From the NCBI GenBank assembly GCA_965223845.1, contig CBDCXR010000004.1, positions 320,001-384,000 on the forward strand: a stretch of DNA of 64,000 nucleotides, read 5' to 3'. The notes beneath the pieces were generated by a model. That model ran no database searches. It was given only the letters and a program-made list of their open reading frames with translations, and was not told the origin of the DNA. Shown piece by piece: positions 17,242-26,200 of this stretch (positions within the stretch are counted from its first letter, which is position 1; each line of letters starts with the position of its first letter). The translations under genes were made by a program, and so were the position numbers. The stretch comes from Planctomycetota bacterium. Lineage in GTDB: Bacteria; Planctomycetota; UBA8108; SXIK01.

Positions 17242-19020
17242 ATGAGTCGTGATTCGGTCAGCGGCAATCCACTCGAAGGAAGACTCCGCGAAGCGGTTCG
17301 GCGGGTCCGGAGCTCGCCCATTCCCGACGCGTCGCTCTCACGCGCGCTCGATCGAGCCGCCGCCATCGCGGCTAACGCGAAAGTCGACGAAGCAGCGCCC
17401 GGGCCGGATTCGACTCGGCCCCGAGCGGTGGACATTCGAGCGATCGGCTGGTTCGCCGCGATCGCGGCATCGATCCTAGCAGTCGTGCTTCTCTTCTTCG
17501 CGTCCGCCTCACCGCGCGAGGGGCTCGCCGAGGTCGTTCGCGCCTTCGCCGAGAAGGATTGGGTTCATGTGAAGTCGCGCGACGTCGAGCGCGGCGAAGT
17601 TCCGCGCGAGGCAGAGATTTGGTTTTCCACTCGGAACCGCATTCACTTTCGTCGCGATGCCGAGTGGATCGAGATGCACGACCACCAGAGTGAGGTTTCG
17701 CTGTCGTACAATCGGCGCGAGAACCGGCTCGTGCGCGTTCCTTACGGAGAGATCGCGACTCCGTTCTATTCGAGCGTGTTCGACGTGATGCGCGCACTTT
17801 TCGAGGTGAACGAAGACGTCGAGAACCCGCTCGCCCTCGTTGCGGAGCTCGACGATGATCTCGCCGGTATCGAGTTTGTCGCCGGCGGGCGCACGACGGT
17901 CGAGGAAGAGGGTCGCACACTCACGGAGTTTCGCATCGAGGCGCGACACCCGCGGGTTTCGGGTCCGCTCTCGATCGTCGTTCGCGCGGACGCGACGTCT
18001 CTCCTCCCTGAGTCCGTCGACCTGTCCGGCTCGCTCGACGGGTCCGCCTTTCGATCGTCCGCGTTCTTCTCCTACCCGGATCCAGGGCCGAGCGACGTCT
18101 ACTCGGTTGGCGTCCCGCGTGGTACTCCGGTCGCAGAACGGCGACCCGAAGTCGACGTGTCGGCCGTCGCCGAGGGAATGCGGCGAGCTAGGCGAGAGTT
18201 CGACGACCACCTCACGATCTCGGTCTCGCGGCTCGTCACGCCGGGATCCGCGAACGCCTGGTGGTTGGGCCACCCGGTGATCTTCTACCGAAAAGGAGAC
18301 CTGTTCCGCGTCGATTTCGTGCGCTTGTCGGCGAGTGGCACTCCGAGGCTGGAGCGGCCCCCGAACGACGCGGATCCTGAATCGTGGTGGAGAGAGCGCG
18401 TTCGCGCCCTCAGCTTTGCGCCGAAGGTCATCCTCTCGGACGACAAAGCCTACTGGCTTCGCGACGTCGACCCGCGGTCGCCCGAACCGAAGGTCCGGGT
18501 CGAGCACGTCGATGAGAAGTACCCGTTTTCGTTCCGTTCCGAGTTTTTCCTCCCGCCCTACTGCGGTTGGGCGCCCGAGTTCATTGCCCGTCCCTCGCTC
18601 GGCATTCCGGATCGAACGCGCGCGCTCTTCCTTCGACCCTCGCCTCTGGAGGTCGCTCCTCGGGCGCTCCAAATGCGCCTCGAGCCGCGGCCGCGATTGC
18701 GCGAAGCGAGGAGCGAGGGACGAGAGAAGCACCGTTCGCTCGCGGTAGGGGATTTTTGGGTCGATCCCACTCGCGGCTTTGCGGTGGTGAAGAGTGATTG
18801 GCTGGTTGTCGAGGAGTTCGCTGAGACACCTGCCGGTGGATGGTATCCGCGCGTCGTCCGTGAGCCGCGCACCGCCCGGTCAAGATCGGGCTCGCCGCGC
18901 GAAGAAACCGATTTCGACTCTCTGCGGACGTTCTATGTCGACTTCGACACGAAACTTCCGGACGAGCTCTTCGACCCGAACGCGCCGCTTGTTGGCGCAG
19001 AGGCGTTTTCGACCAATTGA
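17242..19020 (+). CDS. Putative anti-sigma factor (single TM, large extracytoplasmic domain)
   Basis: Directly downstream of the ECF; short N-terminal domain, TM WFAAIAASILAVVLLFFA, then LAEVVRAF....WVHV and DVDF...PDELF-type sequence typical of LolA-like periplasmic domains. The function is inferred from position. Confidence 0.6.
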   Translation: MSRDSVSGNPLEGRLREAVRRVRSSPIPDASLSRALDRAAAIAANAKVDEAAPGPDSTRPRAVDIRAIGWFAAIAASILAVVLLFFASASPREGLAEVVRAFAEKDWVHVKSRDVERGEVPREAEIWFSTRNRIHFRRDAEWIEMHDHQSEVSLSYNRRENRLVRVPYGEIATPFYSSVFDVMRALFEVNEDVENPLALVAELDDDLAGIEFVAGGRTTVEEEGRTLTEFRIEARHPRVSGPLSIVVRADATSLLPESVDLSGSLDGSAFRSSAFFSYPDPGPSDVYSVGVPRGTPVAERRPEVDVSAVAEGMRRARREFDDHLTISVSRLVTPGSANAWWLGHPVIFYRKGDLFRVDFVRLSASGTPRLERPPNDADPESWWRERVRALSFAPKVILSDDKAYWLRDVDPRSPEPKVRVEHVDEKYPFSFRSEFFLPPYCGWAPEFIARPSLGIPDRTRALFLRPSPLEVAPRALQMRLEPRPRLREARSEGREKHRSLAVGDFWVDPTRGFAVVKSDWLVVEEFAETPAGGWYPRVVREPRTARSRSGSPREETDFDSLRTFYVDFDTKLPDELFDPNAPLVGAEAFSTN

Positions 19021-19041
19021 AGCTAGTGAGTGAGTATCACC

Positions 19042-20235
19042 ATGCTGAGACCTTTCCCGCGCGTGCTCGTGTTGGCGGCGTTGATTACCTCGAGCGTCAG
19101 CTCCGAAGAGACCGCGGCCGCGGATCCCGAGGAGATCTTTCGCGAGTTGAAGAGCGAGTGGGACGAACGCGGACGCAAAGAAACGGAGCCCCTTCGCCGC
19201 GCCGAAGGAGACGAACGCCTGCGGATCCGAGACGAGCTCTTTCGACGCTACCGGGCGTCGGCGCCGCGCTACGCGAGCAAGTTCTTGCGTCTCGCTGAGG
19301 ACGCACCGAATCACCCGATCGCCGTCGATGCACTTCTTTGGGTCGTATCGAACTTGAACTCGATGCCGGAAGCGGATCGAGCGGTCGAAGTGCTCACCGA
19401 GCGCTACATCGACGATCCGAAGGTGGTCTCTTACATCCTCCGTCTCGGACACTGGGTCTATCCCGCCGATGAGCCGCTTCTTCGCGCGCTCGCCAGTGCG
19501 ACCGACCGCCGCGAAGTTCGCGGCGTGGCGATGTTTCGTCTCGGCGAGACGCTCGCCACGAAATCGGTCTGGGCGCGGCAGCTGAAGCTCGATCCGTCGG
19601 GAACACTGGACGACTTCATCGCGAAGCCGCGCGCACTCGGACCGGGCGTTCTCGCGCATCTCGAGTCACTCGACGCCGACGCGCTCGAAACCGAAGCGGC
19701 GAGTCTGTTCGAAGAGATCGCTGAGAAGTTCGCGGACGTCACGCACGGTGCCGCGACGCTCGGCGTCGCTGCTACCCGCGAACTCGACGAGATGAGGCGT
19801 CTCGCGATCGGAAAACCCGCGCCTGAGGTCAGTGGGGAAGACATCGATGGTGTGAGATTCAAGCTGAGTGACTACCGCGGAAAAGTCGTCGTTCTTTCCT
19901 TTTGGGGGCACTGGTGAGGACCGTGCCGGGTCAAGTACCCCGCCGAGCGGTCGCTCGTCACTCGCCTCAAAGATCGACCCTTTGCCCTCCTCGGAGTGAA
20001 CAGCGATGAAGATCGCGAGAAGCTCAAAAAGACGATTCGGACCGAGAAGATCACCTGGCGGTCGTGGTGGGACGGTGGAAGCACTCGAGGGCCGATCGCC
20101 CGCGCTTGGAACGTCACCGGGTGGCCGACGACGTACGTGATCGACGCGCGCGGGGTGATCCGGTTCAAGTTCGTGTTCACGGACTCGGTGGGACCGATCG
20201 TGGATGCGTTGCTTGAGGAGGTGAAGGAACGGTGA
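19042..20235 (+). CDS. Exported TlpA/redoxin-family selenoprotein candidate (UxxC; in-frame TGA at 19915-19917)
   Basis: IGKPAPEVSGEDIDG..FKLSDYRGKVVVLSFWGHW-TGA-GPCRVKYPAERSLVTRLKDRPFALLGVNSD...WNVTGWPTTYVIDARGVIR: a complete TlpA domain spans the TGA, which sits at the first Cys position of WCxxC. Alternative start GTG 19030. Confidence 0.93.
19918..19952 (+). promoter_or_regulatory. Candidate SECIS hairpin after UGA 19915-19917
   Basis: GACCG(19919-23) pairs with CGGTC(19948-52); upper stem GCCGGGT-[CAAGT]-ACCCCGC with one C-C mismatch; GU in the apical loop. Confidence 0.7.
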
Positions 20236-20240
20236 CGAGC

Positions 20241-20264
20241 GGGAGCGGGAACGGGAACGGGAAC
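20241..20264 (+). repeat. Intergenic hexamer repeat GGGAGC(GGGAAC)3, which matches a G3N3 x4 G-quadruplex motif
   Basis: GGGAGCGGGAACGGGAACGGGAAC read directly. Confidence 0.85.
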
Positions 20265-20299
20265 GCGGCACGAAAGATCCTTCGCCACGGGAGAGATTC

Positions 20300-21439
20300 A
20301 TGGACATTTCGGCTCAGACGATCGCAGGTCGGTCAGCTCAACACCAGATCGAACGCGCGATTCGTGCTTCGATCGTTGCCGTCGTCCTCGTCGTCGCTGG
20401 TCGCGCACTCGGGGGCGACTCACCGAGCTCGCGATGGACTCGGTCGACCGTCTTTCGCGGGAGTGAGTTTCCGTTCGTCGGCGTCGCATTCAGCGCAGAC
20501 TCGAAAACGCTCGTCGCGAGCGACCGTGCGTCCGTGCGCGTCTGGGACGTTGGTGCGCCGGAGCCCAGGATCGTACTGCCGGGGAAACAGCAGACGAAGA
20601 GTGGGCTCGACGCGCCGCCTCGCGGGCGACCGCGGGAGGTGCCGTCGAGATTCGGCACGATTGCAATCTCTCCGGACGGCCGACGGATCGCGACGGGGGG
20701 ACTCCCCGCGCGAGTCACTCTTTGGAACGTCGAGACGGGGATGATCTCAAGGCAGCTCGAAGCCGAGGGCTCGATTCGGTCGTTCGCGTTTTCTCCGAAC
20801 GGCGAGCAGCTCGCCGCAGGTGTCGACCTCGGCGCGGCCGGAAACTACGTCCAGGTGTGGAACACGGCCGACTGGTCGGAGCGAGGAGTGTTGAAGGGAC
20901 ACCGCGGCCGCGAGAGTCCGCTCCGCGGCGGAACGATCGAGAGTCTCGCGTACTCGGGAGACGGGAATCTCCTCGTTTCGGGGAGCTGGGACGGCACGGT
21001 CAAGCTTTGGGATACGCAAGCGATGCGCGAGCTGAAGGCGATCCCGCACGAACACCCGGTCGTCCGGGTCGATCTTTCGTCCGACGGAAAGACTCTCGTT
21101 TCGTCTCAGTGGAAGCGAGTCCCATCGAAGCCGGGTCGATACGAAGCGTGCTTCACCAAGATCTGGGATCTCGATTCGGGGCGAGCGGATCGCACGCTCG
21201 AAGACACGAAACTCGTCTATGGAGTGAAGTTCTTCCCGGACGCGACGAAAGTCGCGACGGGAACGCAGGATCGCCTTCTGCGAATCTGGGACACCCGGTC
21301 GGGCCGTGAGCTCGAAGCGCTGCGTCACGACGCGATGATACGGGCGTTCGCGATCGCGCCAAACGGTCGATCGATCGCGGTGGCTTCTCACGATCGCACG
21401 GTGGTCTTGTGGACTCGGACGCGAAACGGTGGGCCGTGA
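20300..21439 (+). CDS. Exported WD40-repeat protein
   Basis: Repeated AFSPDG...ASG..D.TV.LWD units; N-terminal hydrophobic segment; GGAGAG RBS. Confidence 0.9.
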   Translation: MDISAQTIAGRSAQHQIERAIRASIVAVVLVVAGRALGGDSPSSRWTRSTVFRGSEFPFVGVAFSADSKTLVASDRASVRVWDVGAPEPRIVLPGKQQTKSGLDAPPRGRPREVPSRFGTIAISPDGRRIATGGLPARVTLWNVETGMISRQLEAEGSIRSFAFSPNGEQLAAGVDLGAAGNYVQVWNTADWSERGVLKGHRGRESPLRGGTIESLAYSGDGNLLVSGSWDGTVKLWDTQAMRELKAIPHEHPVVRVDLSSDGKTLVSSQWKRVPSKPGRYEACFTKIWDLDSGRADRTLEDTKLVYGVKFFPDATKVATGTQDRLLRIWDTRSGRELEALRHDAMIRAFAIAPNGRSIAVASHDRTVVLWTRTRNGGP

Positions 21440-21554
21440 TCGTACTGTGACGGTGAGGTTGTATCGTAACGATGATCGAAACCGGGGACTGTGACACGGT
21501 GTCGCGCGGGTTCAACGAATCCCGTAGGGTGAACCGAGGAGTCAGGTTGATTCC

Positions 21555-22022
21555 ATGGCTCAACGCTTTTTTGATCGCCGCACTCTCGTCCTCGGACTAA
21601 CCGCCGCGGTGTGCGCCTACGGAATCGGCGAGGGGATCGTGGCTCCGGACGATCCCACGGGCGACCCCGTCGACCGATCCTTAGGCGCCGTCTGGGCGGA
21701 AGTGGTTCACCGGGTCGAGTCCGTCTCCCGCGACGACGTTTTTTCCGTCTACCGAGACGCGATCGCCCATCTGGAGCTCGTGTCGGACGAAGGGGCGGTG
21801 GAGTTTTTTTTCGACCGCATCGAAGCCGGCGGCGATGACTGCTTGACCGCAGGTAAGCTGCTCTGTTGGGTGAACGAGTTGTGTTCGTACCGGCCTCGAA
21901 TCGGGCTCCCTGCCCACGTTCGATTCGGATGGGACGGCGTGGAGGGTGAGTGCGGCGAGTATCTCTACGAGGTCCTACCTCGTCGAACCCCGGACGTGTT
22001 ACGTCGGAGAACCGAGCGATGA
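21555..22022 (+). CDS. Hypothetical exported protein
   Basis: GAGGAG RBS; DRRTLV followed by a hydrophobic stretch (possibly Tat-like); ATGA overlap with the next gene. Confidence 0.55.
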   Translation: MAQRFFDRRTLVLGLTAAVCAYGIGEGIVAPDDPTGDPVDRSLGAVWAEVVHRVESVSRDDVFSVYRDAIAHLELVSDEGAVEFFFDRIEAGGDDCLTAGKLLCWVNELCSYRPRIGLPAHVRFGWDGVEGECGEYLYEVLPRRTPDVLRRRTER

Positions 22023-22510
22023 CCACCGATTCGCCAGTTCGCCGATCGTTGAGCGCGATCTTGCTGGGGGTGCTCGTTGGCGGAGGTGTCTTCGCCGCAC
22101 TCCGCTGGGAGCGCTGCGTCGAGCGCTGGAATCTGCGTGCGCTCGAATCGCCGGAGCTCTCCGTGAAAGCACTGGCCGCGCTTCGACTCTCGCGAATCGG
22201 ATCGGAAAGCGCGATTCGCGGACTGGTGCGCGCCATTCGTTCCGATCCGACCGAACGGGCGTGTTTGTCCTTCCTTCCGCTCAACGCCCCAAACGTCCAA
22301 ACCTGCGGCGGCCATTGGCTATCGCTTCCTCCGATGACGTACGCACTCTATCTCGCCGGTCCCGCGATGGATTCCGTCCTCGCGGAAGAGATCCGAGCGA
22401 TTCCCTATGGCGAGGGCGCTCCGACTTTGAACCTCGTGCGCCGCAGCTGGGAGTTCGACTGGACGGTCGACCTCCAGGATCCGTCGAAGTGGGATGATTG
22501 GGGTGACTGA
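22019..22510 (+). CDS. Membrane-anchored protein with a single HEAT-like repeat
   Basis: N-terminal TM, then AALRLSRIGSESAIRGLV; translationally coupled to the upstream gene. Confidence 0.6.
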   Translation: MTTDSPVRRSLSAILLGVLVGGGVFAALRWERCVERWNLRALESPELSVKALAALRLSRIGSESAIRGLVRAIRSDPTERACLSFLPLNAPNVQTCGGHWLSLPPMTYALYLAGPAMDSVLAEEIRAIPYGEGAPTLNLVRRSWEFDWTVDLQDPSKWDDWGD

Positions 22511-22571
22511 TTCGTAGTCTTGAGCACCGCCCAGTCCCTCGGCATTCGAGCTCGGAACTGCCCCATCCCCA

Positions 22572-22946
22572 TCATCGCCGCCGCCCGCGCCGCGGCTTCG
22601 CCGCCACCTGCCAGCCATCGCAGTACACCACGATTCCCGGGTCCGCGCAGGTGTGCATACGAACCGGCACGCCGTGTTCCCGAAGCAGGGCCGCGACGCT
22701 TCGCGTCTTCGCCATCGGCCGCGTTGCGTGCGGGCGAAACCAGCAGATCGCTCGGCGATTCTCCCAGTCGTCGAGACACGCCGGGACCTTGAGGTGCATG
22801 TTGAGCCAAGCGAGATCCTCACGAAACCAGTCGATCTCGTAAGCCTCGAGGGCTCCGGCGTTCTCCAGTATCCCGGCGGCGTGGATCACTCCGAGGAGTG
22901 ATCCCGAATCGCGATCGATCTCTTGTGTGGTGAAGCGAACGTACAC
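22572..22946 (-). CDS. Hypothetical protein
   Basis: Protein-like composition from GTG 22946 (YVRF...G...GVIHAA...WLN.HL.VP...AICWFR...PG.VVY.D.WQV.A.P). Confidence 0.65.
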   Translation of the reverse strand: MYVRFTTQEIDRDSGSLLGVIHAAGILENAGALEAYEIDWFREDLAWLNMHLKVPACLDDWENRRAICWFRPHATRPMAKTRSVAALLREHGVPVRMHTCADPGIVVYCDGWQVAAKPRRGRRR

Positions 22947-23221
22947 GGTTCTTTCCCGCGGGCGAACCCATCGAACGAGACTTTGAAGCGGCTCCGCACG
23001 GCGCGAAGAAATGAACGAGACGGCGCTCCTTCGGGAGATCTTGCGGAAAAAAGTCGTGTTCTCTTCGTTCGCTCGCAATTCTGGTCGGAGCCACGCGCCT
23101 CCTCGAGGGCTCTCTTTTTCTCGTGGTCTCGGATACGCTTGACCGAAACGCGCTGCGCCCGGATCGAGAAGATCCGGGGCCGCCGAACTGCGCACCTCCG
23201 AGCTCGAGGAGAGAGACGACC

Positions 23222-26200
23222 ATGCCACCGCGTCGATCGTTCGCTCGTTTGCTTCTCTCGTGCGTACTCGTCTCGAGCGCGTCGCTCGCAGGCACGAGCC
23301 TCGTCCGCGCCGCCGACTGCAACGGCAACGGCGTCGACGATGCGAGCGATGTCGAATCAGGAACGAGCGACGACTGCAATCTCGATGGCGTTCCGGATGA
23401 GTGCGAGGTCGCCGCGCTCCGCTTCGGCGCGACGGATGCGGTCGTCCCGCTCGATCAGCGTGCGCGCGTCCTTCGATCCGTGGACGTCGACGGCGATGGC
23501 GACATGGATCTCGTCACCGGGAACCGCCAGTCGCGACAGCTTTCGACTGTGTCGGTACTGCGGAATCGCGGCGACGGAACGTTCGAAAGCGCCGCGTACT
23601 CAGCGGCGATCGATGACGAGACGGACAGCCTCTACGCACTCGAGATCCTCGACCTCGATGGCGACGGCGATCCGGATCTCGTCTCGGCGAACGAGGCCGC
23701 GCTCCTTCTTCTTTTCAACGAGGACGGGCGCGGCGAGTTTTCCCCGCCCGTGTCCGTTCCGCTCCCGGTGGAGAGCCGCATCATCGCGAGCGGCGATGTC
23801 GACGGCGACGGGCACAAGGATGTCGCCGTCGCTCACCGAGGAGGCGGGGCGGTCACGATCCTCCGGAGCGACGGTGCAGGCGGACTCTCTCCGGCGGGCG
23901 AGCTCGAGCTCCCCGAGGAGGCGCGATCTCTCCGCCTCGCTGACTTCGATGGCGACGGCCGGACGGATCTCGCGAGCGCCGGACGATCTGCGGACGGAAT
24001 CTTCTTCCTCGGTGACGGCGCCGGGGGATTCGGTCCGGCGGCGACGGTTTCGCTCGGGGCTCGAAGCGCCGAGCTCGCCATCGCGGCCGACCTCAACGCC
24101 GACGGACGCGCGGATCTCGTCGCGCGCACGTCCCGCTCTCTCTTCGTGGTGTTCGCCGGTGACGAAGGCGGTTTCGCCCCGCCGGTCGCGATTCCCGGCG
24201 TTCCGCGGTCGGCGCTCGCCGCCGACGCGGACGTCGACGGAGACTTCGACCTCGTCATCGGACAGATCGGCAAAGTGACCGTGCGGACGAACGACGGCGC
24301 CGGCCGCTTCGGAATCTCCTTCGACTCCGTTCTCCCGACGAATCCGATCGCGCTCGCTGCCGGTGACTTCGATGGCGATCATGTGCCTGATCTCGCCCTC
24401 GCGGCGGTTGCGGGCTCGACGTCGGAAGTGATCGTCCTCCGCGGCGGAGCCGAGAGCGCCGCGAGTGTCGTGTCCGACCCAGTCCCGCTCACCGGCTGCG
24501 CCGACCCACGCGGTTGCCGGCCGCATTCCGGTACATCGGGCGACTTCGATGGCGACGGCAAGCTCGAGGTCCTCGCGTCGATCACGCACCCGGGATCGTT
24601 CGCGATCACGACCACGAAGTCGGGCGATCTCGAATTCGAAGGAATCCATGTGTTCGGCGGTGAGCATCCACAATCGGTCGCGGCCGGCGACATCGACGGC
24701 GACGGCGACACGGACGCAGTGACGGTCGACAACCTCGACCACAATCTCTACGTGCACGTCAACGACGGCTCCGGCTCGTTCGGTCGTTCGCCGAGCCGGT
24801 ATCGCGTCGGCAACGCGCCGATCAACGTCGCGCTCTTCGACATCGACGGCGACGGCGCACTCGACGCCGCGAGCGCCGACGAGAGCGGCGGAACGGTGAC
24901 GGTCCTCTTCTCCGATGGGGCGGGTGATTTTTCGGACGGGAAGCAAACTCTCCGCGTCGGCGGCAACCCGAAGGCCGTCGCGGCCGGTGATCTCGACGGC
25001 GACGGCGACGGCGATGTCGCGGTTGCGATTCCCTCACGCGGACGGGTGAGCGTCCTTCTCAACATCGGCGAACGCAGGTTCGGCGAGGAGTCGAGCTACC
25101 AGACGAGCGGCCAACCGAATCACGTGACCATGGGAGATTTCGACGGGGACGGAGATCTCGATCTCGCGACGGCGAACAGCTCGCAGACCTCGTCGATTTT
25201 CCTCAACGCCGGCGATGGAACGTTCGGAGAGGCGACCCAGGTCGCGATCGGACAGCGGCCGTACTCCGTGATGGCGGTCGACTTCGACGGCGACGGCTGG
25301 CTCGACCTCGTGACGGGAAATGAAGCTTCGAGCAACGTCTCGATTCTCCCCGGCCGCGGCGATGGCACATTCGACGCGCCGACCCACGTCGAGGGCGGAA
25401 ACGGGCTTCGATTCGTCGCGCCGGGCGACTGGGACGAGGATGGCGACCTCGATCTCGCGACGATCGATCGCGAAGGGCACAGCATTACGATCCTCCGGAA
25501 CGAGTCGCCGGCGTCGCTTCCCGATTACCTCGAGCGCCTGTGCACGCCCCGAGAGTACGAGTTGCTCTCGGCTCGGTCGACGACTCGGGGCGGAGCGGAT
25601 CGCTTTCTCAAGTTTACGATTGCCGCGGACGACGACGACGCGCTCCTCCCCGCGGCGTTTCAGAACACCGATCGCTACGAGCTTCACCTCGATTTTCTCG
25701 AGCAGGTGTTCCCCGAGCGCTTCGGCGGGCTGACGCCGGCGGAGTACGCGCAGCTCGTCGAGAAGCGGTCGACTCGGCGCTACTTCGCCGGAGTGGTCTC
25801 GCGCATCCGGCGCCCGACGGGAACCCTCTACGGATTCTCGGTCGTCGCGGACTTCGGCGATCCGGTGGAGCGACTCGACGCAGCAGAGATGAAGGACGTC
25901 TACGAGAGGCTGCGGCGTCACGTTCACCTCGAGCCCCTCGCGTACGCGCCGGCGACGCGCGACGCGATCGCGGTGGCGGAGGGGTGGGAGGATCCCGGGT
26001 TTCCCGTCGAGCTGGGCGACGCCGACGCGGGGCTCGCGTACGAGTCGTACACTTCCGGCATCGCTTACGGGCGAGTGCGCGTCCTCGATGGCGACGCGTT
26101 CGACGAAGCAAACGAGTCCGGGCGCCTCAGCGCACGGGACATCCTCGTCCTCGAGCGGGCGCCGCGGGATATCGAGGGAGTCGTTGGCGGAGTGATCACG

